NCBI GenBank assembly: GCA_051274975.1
Contig: JBNMND010000002.1
Coordinates: 1-49,478, forward strand
Reading direction: 5' to 3'
Origin: Planctomycetota bacterium
GTDB lineage: Bacteria > Planctomycetota > UBA1135 > UBA2386
DNA length: 49,478 nt
The position numbers were made by a program, and so were the translations under genes. Of the stretch, positions 38,109 through 45,975 are shown one piece after another. Under the pieces are notes generated by a model that was not told the DNA's origin, ran no database searches, and worked only from the letters and a program-made list of their open reading frames with translations. The stretch's first letter is position 1, and each line of letters opens with the position of its first letter.

Positions 38109-38531
38109 CTACTCGGAAACCTTTCCTGTAGCGGCGGCCTTGCACTTGCTTGTTTTGCTGTGGAGCAACGCCATGCTGCCAGAGCCGGCTGTGCACAACA
38201 GCATCATCGTCGAGCCGAGCCATGTCGAGTCGGTGATGGCACTTGCCGCGATGCAGTAGAGAGCCGCAAAAGCCGCGGCACCGGTGACGAGCCACATCGC
38301 TAGCGGCGCCCAGCTGCGACCGAGCACCACGCCTCGCGAGGCGATTGCAGAACCGAAGACTAACAACACCGAGTCGGGAACAGCGAAGGCCAGCAAGGAT
38401 TCTTCCGGCCAGTCGGCGACGGTGAACCGTTCGCGTGCGGCCGTCGACGTGCATAGCCACAGCCACCAGCCGGCCACCGCCATTGCCTGCAGCAACAGAT
38501 ATCCCTGCGCGACTCGCTGGCGAGTGGTCAT
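38109..38531 (-). CDS. Small integral membrane protein (4 predicted TM), possibly truncated by a frameshift.
   Basis: Hydrophobic segments are GYLLLQAMAVAGWWLWL, LLAFAVPDSVLLVFGSAIA, WAPLAMWLVTGAAAFAALYCIAA and WLGSTMMLLCTAGSGSMALL. A fifth TM-like segment lies downstream in another frame (see findings). Confidence 0.6.
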   Translation of the reverse strand: MTTRQRVAQGYLLLQAMAVAGWWLWLCTSTAARERFTVADWPEESLLAFAVPDSVLLVFGSAIASRGVVLGRSWAPLAMWLVTGAAAFAALYCIAASAITDSTWLGSTMMLLCTAGSGSMALLHSKTSKCKAAATGKVSE

Positions 38532-38594
38532 GTTGGGAAAGGTAGCGCACCAGCTTGTTGTTCGCGCAGGTCAGCGCGGGTATTCCGGTGGGCG

Positions 38595-39077
38595 ATGACT
38601 GATTCGATCGTGACGATTTCCAGCGACGGAGCCTGCCTCGGCAATCCGGGGCCGGGTGGCTATGGCACGATCATCCTGTTCGGCAAGCACCAAAAGGAGC
38701 TGTCGCAGGGCTACCGCAACACGACCAACAATCGCATGGAGCTGCTCGGCGCGATCGTCGGCCTCGAAGCGTTGAGCCGGGCGTGCAGCGTCGACCTGTG
38801 GTCCGATTCGACCTACGTCGTGCATTCCATGAGTAAGGGCTGGATTGAGGGTTGGCAAAAGCGCGGCTGGAAGACCTCGTCGAAGCAGCCGGTCAAGAAC
38901 AAGGACCTATGGCTGCGCATGCTCGAGGCCGTCTCGGACCATGAGATTCGCTGGCACTGGGTCAAGGGCCACAGCGGCGACCCGATGAATGAACGGTGCG
39001 ACGAACTGGCGGTTGCCGCGGCGAACAGCCCCGAATTACTGGTCGACGAAGGCTTTCCGGACGCAGCCGGCAAGTAG
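38595..39077 (+). CDS. rnhA: Ribonuclease HI.
   Basis: Motifs present are SSDGACLGNPGPGGYG, TNNRMELLGAIVGLEAL, DLWSDSTYV, WKTSSKQPVKNKDLW and IRWHWVKGHSGDPMNERCDELA. Confidence 0.92.
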   Translation: MTDSIVTISSDGACLGNPGPGGYGTIILFGKHQKELSQGYRNTTNNRMELLGAIVGLEALSRACSVDLWSDSTYVVHSMSKGWIEGWQKRGWKTSSKQPVKNKDLWLRMLEAVSDHEIRWHWVKGHSGDPMNERCDELAVAAANSPELLVDEGFPDAAGK

Positions 39078-39244
39078 CTGCAAAATCATGGCGGGGTGCG
39101 AGCCGTTTGCTCGCCATGGGGGGCGTGGTCGTAGTCGAACCCCAGTTACGGTTGTCTCGGATTCGCTGGCGGTTGGTGTCCCGGATTCGCACGCAAGTGG
39201 TTCGTAGCCACGCGCAGCCCCGGTCTTGTAGTAAAATCAAGCTT

Positions 39245-39835
39245 ATGGCAGACGCTGCACCAGATCCCGCTGCGACGACGAGGTTGTTGCGACAGGTGAG
39301 TGATGGCGATCGGGAGGCGGCGGAACAGCTGTTCCCGTTGGTCTACGACGAACTGCACCGTCTCGCCGGCAGGCTGATGGGGCAGGAACGCAGCAACCAC
39401 ACGTTGCAGCCGACCGCGCTGCTCAATGAAGCCTATCTGCGGTTAATCGATCCGGGCGCCGGTTACGACGATCGCGGCCACTTTCTGCGGGTGGCGGCGC
39501 GCGCCATGCGGCATGTGCTCGTTGATCACGCTCGTGCTCGGTCCGCGCAAAAGCGGCACGGCGGCCAGCGGGTCGAGCTCGATGCCGAGTTGGTCGCAGT
39601 CCGCGATGATGCCGACAGCTTGTTGGCTGTCGACGAGATTCTGCAACGGCTGCAAGACCTCGATCCGCAGCTGGCCGAGTTGGTTGAGTTGCGGTTCTTC
39701 GGTGGGCTCGACAATCAGACGACCGCCGAAGCACTCGGAACTTCACTGCGTTCGGTCGAACGCGGTTGGCGCACGGCGCGCGCGTTCTTGGTGCGCGAAC
39801 TCGGAGCGGACGGGATGGGTCGCGATGGGCGCTGA
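39245..39835 (+). CDS. ECF sigma factor of the kinase-associated type (TIGR02999/ECF43-like).
   Basis: The track ORF was trimmed to the ATG at 39245. TTRLLRQVSDGDREAAEQLFPLVYDELHRLAGRLM...LQPTALLNEAYLRLI is the characteristic N-terminus of this family. Region 4 reads VELRFFGGLDNQTTAEALGTSLRSVERGWRTARAFL. Confidence 0.88.
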   Translation: MADAAPDPAATTRLLRQVSDGDREAAEQLFPLVYDELHRLAGRLMGQERSNHTLQPTALLNEAYLRLIDPGAGYDDRGHFLRVAARAMRHVLVDHARARSAQKRHGGQRVELDAELVAVRDDADSLLAVDEILQRLQDLDPQLAELVELRFFGGLDNQTTAEALGTSLRSVERGWRTARAFLVRELGADGMGRDGR

Positions 39836-42560
39836 GGAATGTTCGTCCGACAACTTTCAGCGCGTAAGGCAGTTGTTCGAAGCCGCGTTGGATCTTCCCA
39901 ATGCCGAGCGCGCGGACTACCTCGATCGCGAGTGCGGCAAGGATGGCAGCGTGCGCAGCGAGGTGAACGAACTGCTCGCCTGCGATACCGACGGCAGTGA
40001 GCTTGGCTCGTTGCTTGATCGCGGTGCCGACCTGATCGGCAATGGTGCCGCTCCCGGCGCCGGCACCTTGGGCGCTGGTGGCCGAGTCGGCCCCTTCGCG
40101 TTGCGGTCGGTGCTCGGTAGCGGCGGCATGGGCACGGTCTACGAGGCGCAGCAGGATGAACCGCGGCGCAGTGTTGCGTTGAAGGTGTTGTCGCTTGGAC
40201 TTGCCAACGAGCAAGCCGTGCGACGCTTCAAGTGGGAAGCCGAGGTCTTGGCCAACCTGCGCCATCCAGGCATCGCTCAGGTTCATGAAGTCGGCGTGCA
40301 CAAGGCTGGCGACATCGAGCTGCCATGGTTCGCGATGGAGCTGGTGCCAGGTGCCCGCGACTTGATTAGCTACGCGCAGACCAAGGAACTTAGCCAGCGA
40401 GAACGGCTTGAGCTGCTGCTGCAGGTCTGCGAAGCCGTGCACCATGGCCACCTGCAAGGCGTTGTACACCGCGACTTGAAGCCGCAGAACATCCTGGTCG
40501 ACGAGAACGGTCGTGCCAAGGTGATCGACTTCGGCATCGCGCGCAGTATGACGAACGATGCGCAGTTGACCGAGGGTGGGGTCGTGCTCGGCACGCTGCA
40601 TTACATGAGCCCGGAGCAGTTGCGCGGCCGGGTCGTCGACTTGCGCAGCGACATCTACGCGCTTGGCGTGGTGGTGTTCGAGCTGCTCGCTGGCCGCCGC
40701 CCGTTCGTATTCGAAGAAACGACGCCGCTGATTGTGGCCGAGACCGTTGAGAACCAGGACGCGCCACGGTTGTCGACGATCGTGCGTGGCATTGATCGCG
40801 ATCTCGAAGTGGTTGTGCAGAAGGCGCTGCGCCGCGACGCCGACGAACGTTACGCGTCGATGGTCGAGTTTGCCGAAGACTTGCGGGCGTTCCTCGATGC
40901 GCGGCCAGTGCGAGCGCGCGCGCCGAGCACGTTCTATCAAGTGCGCATGTTCGCCCGTCGGCGTGCCGGCTTGGTGGCGTCGTCCGCCGTCATCTTCTTG
41001 CTGGTGATTGTCGCGTTGCTCGTCGTCTTGGCGCAAAACGCGGAACTCAATCGGCGCGGCGAAGAGCTGACCAGCACGAACTCGGCGCTGGCCAAGAACG
41101 AGTTAAAGCTGCAGCAGCAAAACGCACAGCTGCTCGTGCGTGGTGTGGAGTTGAAGAACAAGAACGTCGCGCTGGCTGCTCGCGAAGCGGAGTTGCAGCA
41201 GCAGAATATCGAACTGGCGCGACGTCAGAAAGTGTCTCGTCGCCTGGCGCAGTTTGCTGGTGATTTCCTACACGAATCGTCGTTGATGAAGGCGCGTGGC
41301 CCCAGCTACACGGTGCGCGAAGCCCTCGATGAGGCGGCCAAGAGCATTGCCGGTGAAACCTTCGAGGACGCCGAGATCGAAGCCGAATTGCGCGGTTTGA
41401 TCGGCGACACCTACCGCGGGCTTTCGATGCCCGCCGTTGCGGTCTCGCATCTAGAACGTGGCGTGCAGTTATGGCGGCAGGCCGATGGGCCGAGGTCGCT
41501 ACGTGCGATGTGGCTGGCGTTGGGGTTGGTTGTCGCGTTGCGCGAAAATGGTCGGCAGGCCGATGCGGAGGGTTTGATCGAATCCCTGCACGCAGACTTT
41601 CCTGACGCGAAGCGTGAGGACAGCACGCTGTTCTGGGCGATCCAACACAATCGTGCCTACATCATGCGTCACGCTGGCAAGTTGCGCGACGCGGAGACGC
41701 TGTATCGCAAAACGCTCGCGGCACGTGAACGTTTGCATGGGGTCGACGCGCACCAGACGTTGGCGACGATGCACAACCTCGGCAACATGATGCTCGGGTT
41801 GCACGATCCGGAAGCTGCCCGCGACTTGTTGGCGGAAGCCGTCAATCGCGCCAAGCGCAGCGGGGCGCCCGATTCGTCGACGCTACAGATCGTCGACAAC
41901 TTGGCCGAAGCATGGCGTGACCTTGGTGAACTCGACAAGGCGGCCAAGTGTCATCGTGAAACCATGGCTGGGTTCGAGAAGATGGTTGGGCCCGATGACC
42001 AGTTGACGATCGGCTGCGGCTACCACTTGTTGAAGGTGCTCCATAAACAGGGCAAGCGCGACGAACTGGAGACGTTGGCCAAGGACCTTCTCGAGCGCTG
42101 TGAGCGCACGTTCGGCAAGGATGACTACCGGACGCTGGACGTGCTGCAGGCGTTGGCGGTTGCTGTCAAAGATCGCGGCGACGTGCAGACGGCGGCGGCG
42201 TTGATGAAGCGTGCGTTTGTTGGCGTGGCCAAGGACCGTGGCGATGTGCATCCGGCGACGTTCAACGCCGGCCACAACCTGACTCAAGCACGTATCGCTG
42301 CCGGCGATCGGCAGGGGGCTCTGTCGATCAGCAAGCACCTGATCGATCTGTTGGCCGGCGAGCCCGATCCCGCCAAGCAGTTGCCACCGCCGTTCCCCGG
42401 CATGACTTGGTTGCTGCGTGCGCAAGCGTTGGCTGGCGCGGAGCAGCCTGAGCAGGCGAAGGTGGCCGCGCAGAAGGCCGTTGAGTTGCTGAGCGGGGCC
42501 GTTAAGCCAGACGATGCGTTGCTCAAGCAGGCGAAGGACTTGGTCGCTGGCAAGAAGTAG
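39825..42560 (+). CDS. Ser/Thr protein kinase with a TM segment, coiled coil and C-terminal TPR repeats.
   Basis: The track ORF was trimmed to the ATG at 39825, which overlaps the sigma gene by 11 nt. An N-terminal helix (FQRVRQLFEAALDLPNAERADYLDRECG) is followed by kinase motifs (VALKVL, HRDLKPQNIL, DFGIA, YMSPEQ). There is one TM (LVASSAVIFLLVIVALLVVL). TPR-like repeats extend to the end. Confidence 0.9.
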   Translation: MGAEECSSDNFQRVRQLFEAALDLPNAERADYLDRECGKDGSVRSEVNELLACDTDGSELGSLLDRGADLIGNGAAPGAGTLGAGGRVGPFALRSVLGSGGMGTVYEAQQDEPRRSVALKVLSLGLANEQAVRRFKWEAEVLANLRHPGIAQVHEVGVHKAGDIELPWFAMELVPGARDLISYAQTKELSQRERLELLLQVCEAVHHGHLQGVVHRDLKPQNILVDENGRAKVIDFGIARSMTNDAQLTEGGVVLGTLHYMSPEQLRGRVVDLRSDIYALGVVVFELLAGRRPFVFEETTPLIVAETVENQDAPRLSTIVRGIDRDLEVVVQKALRRDADERYASMVEFAEDLRAFLDARPVRARAPSTFYQVRMFARRRAGLVASSAVIFLLVIVALLVVLAQNAELNRRGEELTSTNSALAKNELKLQQQNAQLLVRGVELKNKNVALAAREAELQQQNIELARRQKVSRRLAQFAGDFLHESSLMKARGPSYTVREALDEAAKSIAGETFEDAEIEAELRGLIGDTYRGLSMPAVAVSHLERGVQLWRQADGPRSLRAMWLALGLVVALRENGRQADAEGLIESLHADFPDAKREDSTLFWAIQHNRAYIMRHAGKLRDAETLYRKTLAARERLHGVDAHQTLATMHNLGNMMLGLHDPEAARDLLAEAVNRAKRSGAPDSSTLQIVDNLAEAWRDLGELDKAAKCHRETMAGFEKMVGPDDQLTIGCGYHLLKVLHKQGKRDELETLAKDLLERCERTFGKDDYRTLDVLQALAVAVKDRGDVQTAAALMKRAFVGVAKDRGDVHPATFNAGHNLTQARIAAGDRQGALSISKHLIDLLAGEPDPAKQLPPPFPGMTWLLRAQALAGAEQPEQAKVAAQKAVELLSGAVKPDDALLKQAKDLVAGKK

Positions 42561-42572
42561 CTGGGGCCACAG

Positions 42573-42608
42573 TGTCCGCCCGCCTGTCCGCCCGCCTGTC
42601 CGCCCGCC
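42573..42608. repeat. Perfect 12-mer tandem repeat (tgtccgcccgcc x3) in a convergent intergenic spacer.
   Basis: Read directly from the sequence: copies at 42573-42584, 42585-42596 and 42597-42608 are identical. Confidence 0.9.
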
Positions 42609-42615
42609 AGGTTCG

Positions 42616-43596
42616 CTAGCGCACTCGCACCAAACGGTGTCGCGGCAGCGCGAGTTCTTCGATCTTCGCTTCCACGTCGGTCAGGAACCGGTGCCCATCA
42701 ACGTAGTAGCCTGCCGTTGGCTTGAGGTCCGGCACGCGTGCCTGGAACCATCGGTTGATGCATTCGACCATCAACTGACGCAGATACTTGGCGCAGCAAC
42801 TTGCTAGGGCGGTTGGGAACGCGCGGTCTTCGGCGCGTTCGGCAAACGTCACCGTCACATCGCCCTGCTGTTGCTGCAGGTTGTACGACGACATGCCCTT
42901 GACCTCTTTGATCATGCTGACTTTGGAGTCGGGGCATAGGCGCTGGAGGTCGGTCTTGTAGTGGCTGCGGCCGCCGCAGCGGTCGGCCACCATATGGCAC
43001 GAGTCGTCTTTGCCGACGCGGGGGAATAGTCCGCGCAACAGCAAGCCGAGCACCTCGGCGTAGGCGTGGAAGTGGGCCTTGCTCTTGTTGTCGGTGTCGG
43101 CGATCAGCACATTCCATTCTTCCACGTCGACGGCGCGCACGGCGATGTCGAGCAATTCGCACTCCCCGCGGCGCAGTGCGCGGGCGACCATTTCACCGGT
43201 CAGGCTGATCCAGTCGCGGTCGGCGTGCAGCGGCAGTTGTAGCGAGAGGTCTTCGTACCACGGGCAACGCTGCAGCGGTTCGAGGTCGTGGCCGAGCTTG
43301 ACCAGCCATTCCTCGAGGGTGGCCGGCGGGTCGCCATGCAACGCTGTCCAAAACACCAGCGCGGTCTCCTCGAGACGCAGCAGCCCGTTATTGCCCTGGT
43401 TGACCTTCTTGCTGTCGGCGACGCGAACCTTGCCCTTGACGTACTTGAGCTTGCTGACGTGCCGCTGCAGCAACCGCCACGGTGCGGTGCCCTCGGGGCC
43501 GGCCATCGTGACCCCGCCGACGACCAGTGGCCCGAGGATTGGCCCGAGCCCAGCTTCGTCGACACCTGCGAGGTAGTTCACTGGGCAAGAGGACAC
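42616..43596 (-). CDS. rnhB: RNase HII-family (type 2 RNase H) protein, long variant (326 aa).
   Basis: AGVDEAGLGPILGPLVVGG matches the DEAGRGP motif. ADSKKV matches the DSKKL motif. MVADRCGG and RAEDRAFPTALASCCAKYLRQLM match GDS...AAASILAK. PTAGYYVDGH matches HKGY. About 65 extra residues lie between the second and third motifs, compared with E. coli RnhB from memory. Confidence 0.6.
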   Translation of the reverse strand: MSSCPVNYLAGVDEAGLGPILGPLVVGGVTMAGPEGTAPWRLLQRHVSKLKYVKGKVRVADSKKVNQGNNGLLRLEETALVFWTALHGDPPATLEEWLVKLGHDLEPLQRCPWYEDLSLQLPLHADRDWISLTGEMVARALRRGECELLDIAVRAVDVEEWNVLIADTDNKSKAHFHAYAEVLGLLLRGLFPRVGKDDSCHMVADRCGGRSHYKTDLQRLCPDSKVSMIKEVKGMSSYNLQQQQGDVTVTFAERAEDRAFPTALASCCAKYLRQLMVECINRWFQARVPDLKPTAGYYVDGHRFLTDVEAKIEELALPRHRLVRVR

Positions 43597-43677
43597 CGCT
43601 TGGCAAGTCGGCCGTCAAGCCGCGTTGTCATCGCCGGGTTGGAACCGCGGCTCCGGCCGTGCCTCTAATGTGCCGAT

Positions 43678-44112
43678 ATGCGAGCTATGGAAGTGCTGCT
43701 CGTCGAGAAGGACCCGTTGGTTCGGGACATGGTTAAAGTCGGATTGCAGCAGTTTGACGAGTTCCACGTCACGGTGGGGTCGGGTCACGCTGGCGTCAGC
43801 CAGGCGCGTGGCAAGGCGTTCGACTGCGTGTTCTTAGGCGTGGATCCCCGTGAGAAGGACACGATGAAGCTGCTGCAGCACCTCCGATCGTTCGATACGG
43901 CGACTGAGTTGTTTGTGCTGACAGCGCCGCGGAACGTCAAGGATATGGCGAAGGAGAAGTCGAAATACGACATCCACTCGTTCGTGCAGACGCCAATTGC
44001 GGTGAAGGAGTTCTTTGGGCTGCTGGGCCGCTTCCTGGAGCGTCGAACCGACCGCAAGAACTCGGCTTTGCGCAAGTCAGAACGCTCGAGCGCGGGCGCC
44101 GGACGCCACTAG
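43678..44112 (+). CDS. Stand-alone response-regulator receiver-like domain, apparently degenerate.
   Basis: The CheY-like pattern is MEVLLVEKDPLVRDMV...FDCVFLGVDP...LFVLTA...FVQTPI. The positions expected for the second acidic residue, the phospho-acceptor Asp and the conserved Lys appear to be K, G and T/Q. This comes from an alignment by eye. Confidence 0.65.
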   Translation: MRAMEVLLVEKDPLVRDMVKVGLQQFDEFHVTVGSGHAGVSQARGKAFDCVFLGVDPREKDTMKLLQHLRSFDTATELFVLTAPRNVKDMAKEKSKYDIHSFVQTPIAVKEFFGLLGRFLERRTDRKNSALRKSERSSAGAGRH

Positions 44113-44152
44113 TCCCTTGCTCAGGCAGGCCCAGTCGGGTCTGCTTCGCCGC

Positions 44153-44989
44153 ATGTCTGAATCGGCCAAGGACAATGCGGCTCCGCGTCGCCCTAAGAGC
44201 ACGCTCTATCTGGAGTCTCGGTACCGCAAGCTGCAGCGCGGACTGCCCCAGACGATCTTCTATTGCCCCAAGTGCAAAGGAGACCGTCGGCGGCGCATCG
44301 GCTGTACTCACTGTGAGGGCTTTGGCAAGCTGACCAAGGAGTCGGTGCAAGAGCTGATCTCGCGCCGGTTGGTACCGGCGATGCAGGCCAAGCTCGGCAA
44401 GTTCCACGGCGCCGGTCGCGAAGACATCGACGTGTTGATGCTTGGCAAGGGTCGCCCGTTCGTGTTCGAAGTGGTGGGCGCGCGCAACCCCAACATCGAC
44501 CTCGAAGCCATTCGCTTGGAGATTCAAGAGCGTTGCGAAGGCGCTATTGAGTTGGCGCCCTTCGAACGCGTCGAGCGACGGCGCGTGGTCTATTGGAAGG
44601 AGACCCACTTCGACAAGACCTACCGTGCCGAGGTGGCGCTCGACGAAGCGCCCGATCCGGAGCGCTTGGCTGCCGTTCGCGCGTTCGCCGGCGGCATCAT
44701 TCAGCGCACGCCGCAACGCGTTGCCCACCGTCGCGCCGATCTCGAGCGCGAGCGCAAGCTGAAGGTCATGAGCGTCGAGATGCGCGAAGACGGCGCGCTC
44801 GACTTGCAGGTGCTGTGCCAGCACGGGACCTACGTCAAGGAATGGATCTCGGGTGACGAAGAGCGCACGACGCCGTCGTTGGCCAAGTTGCTTGGCGTTG
44901 GCTGCAAGTGCCGCGTACTCGACGTCGACGAGATCTTGACGCCGGAGATCGAAGGCGGCCCGCCGGCTGACTGGCGCGATAACTGCTAG
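44153..44989 (+). CDS. pus10: Pus10-family tRNA pseudouridine synthase catalytic domain with an N-terminal zinc ribbon and no THUMP domain.
   Basis: The track ORF was trimmed to the ATG at 44153. The zinc ribbon reads CPKCKGDRRRRIGCTHCEG. GAGREDIDVLMLGKGRPFVFEV matches the Pus10 catalytic motif GREDVDVR.LG.GRPF. QRTPQRVAHRRADLERER, QHGTYVKEWISGDEERTTPSL and RVLDVDEI are collinear with human/archaeal Pus10 (QKTPLRVLHRR, QAGTYIKEFVHGDFGRTKPN, ILELDVESV). Confidence 0.8.
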   Translation: MSESAKDNAAPRRPKSTLYLESRYRKLQRGLPQTIFYCPKCKGDRRRRIGCTHCEGFGKLTKESVQELISRRLVPAMQAKLGKFHGAGREDIDVLMLGKGRPFVFEVVGARNPNIDLEAIRLEIQERCEGAIELAPFERVERRRVVYWKETHFDKTYRAEVALDEAPDPERLAAVRAFAGGIIQRTPQRVAHRRADLERERKLKVMSVEMREDGALDLQVLCQHGTYVKEWISGDEERTTPSLAKLLGVGCKCRVLDVDEILTPEIEGGPPADWRDNC

Positions 44990-45035
44990 TCGCGAGACCG
45001 CGCTTCACTAGCGAGACGTGTTCGCGCGGCGTTGG

Positions 45036-45890
45036 CTAACGCTGCGTCTTGCGCTCGGCTTTCTGACGCTTGCGGAACTTCCAGATCGCGATCAGGTAGG
45101 CGCAGACGTCGCGGCAAACGCGTACCGTTGACGCCTTGTCTGTGCGGCGCTCAAAGCGGCACGGCACTTCGACCAGCTTCAAGCCGGCCTGGTGGGACAG
45201 GATCATGATCTCCGAGTCCCAGAACCAACCGACGTCCTTGGTGCGCTTGGCGACGTCGACGACTTTCTTACGCACGAAGAACTTGAAGCCGGCCTCCGGG
45301 TCGCGGAACGGCATGTCGAAGATGCGTGCGAACAGCCACCGGTAACCACTGCTGAGGAAGTGGCGGATTAGCGCGGTCGGGCGCCATCCAACAGCGTAGT
45401 GGCGGTAGGCAGTCGCGCCGTCGGCACCGGCTTCGATTGCGGCGAGCACGGCTGGCAGGAAGCGGCAGTGCACTTCGAGGTCGATATCCAAGAAGCCAAC
45501 GATGTGCCCCTTGGCCAGCAGGAAGCCCTCGGTCACGGCGCCACCGCGGCCTAGGTTCTTCTCGCGGTAGACCGCGCGGCGATTCGCGTGGCCGTCGACC
45601 AAGCGCTTGATGACGTCGGCGGTCTCGTCGGTGCTCTTGTCCTCGATGAAGATCAGTTCGTAGCTCTTGCCGATCTGCTCTAGGGTCGCAGTCAATTGCT
45701 GGATGGAGTCTTCGAGGTGCCCCTCTTCCATGTAGCACGCGATCACGATCGAGAGTTCGGGCGCGGTCTGTGTGCTGGCTTCTGCGATGTCCGGCGTGTT
45801 GGACGCTTCTTGTCGCGAGCGCGGTGGCGCCTGAACCAGGTTCACTGAGACGTCGTCAGGCATTGGGTTGGCGGCGAATGACCCCATCAC
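45036..45890 (-). CDS. GT2 family glycosyltransferase (polyprenyl-phosphate sugar synthase, DPM1/ArnC/GtrB-like).
   Basis: Motifs present are LSIVIACYMEEGHLEDSI, IFIEDKSTDET, NLGRGGAV and GFLDIDLE (DxD). Alternative starts are at 45887 and 45863. Confidence 0.85.
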   Translation of the reverse strand: MMGSFAANPMPDDVSVNLVQAPPRSRQEASNTPDIAEASTQTAPELSIVIACYMEEGHLEDSIQQLTATLEQIGKSYELIFIEDKSTDETADVIKRLVDGHANRRAVYREKNLGRGGAVTEGFLLAKGHIVGFLDIDLEVHCRFLPAVLAAIEAGADGATAYRHYAVGWRPTALIRHFLSSGYRWLFARIFDMPFRDPEAGFKFFVRKKVVDVAKRTKDVGWFWDSEIMILSHQAGLKLVEVPCRFERRTDKASTVRVCRDVCAYLIAIWKFRKRQKAERKTQR

Positions 45891-45975
45891 TTGGGCTAGA
45901 CACGTCAGTGTCGTAAGTTACCAAATCGGCAGGATCTGGCCGCCGACTTGACGTAAAATGCAGTGAATGATCGTT

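Noticed and set aside
37936-38550. 204-aa track ORF overlapping the 140-aa membrane protein gene.
   Set aside because: Most of it is Arg-rich out-of-frame sequence. Only its last 45 codons or so (38015-38150) look coding, and those are treated as a possible frameshift or mini-ORF in the findings.
39423-41036. 537-aa ORF antisense to the Ser/Thr kinase. Similar long antisense ORFs occur elsewhere: 24469..25596 opposite the Clp-like ATPase, 22592..23461 opposite the CNNM gene, 18452..19360 opposite uvrC, 43937..44824 opposite pus10, 46013..47077 opposite the GT-C gene, and 31190..31807 and others opposite valS.
   Set aside because: These are Arg/His/Gln-rich, motif-free translations that mirror well-supported genes on the other strand. 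Shadow ORFs like these are expected in GC-rich DNA because stop codons are rare in antisense frames.
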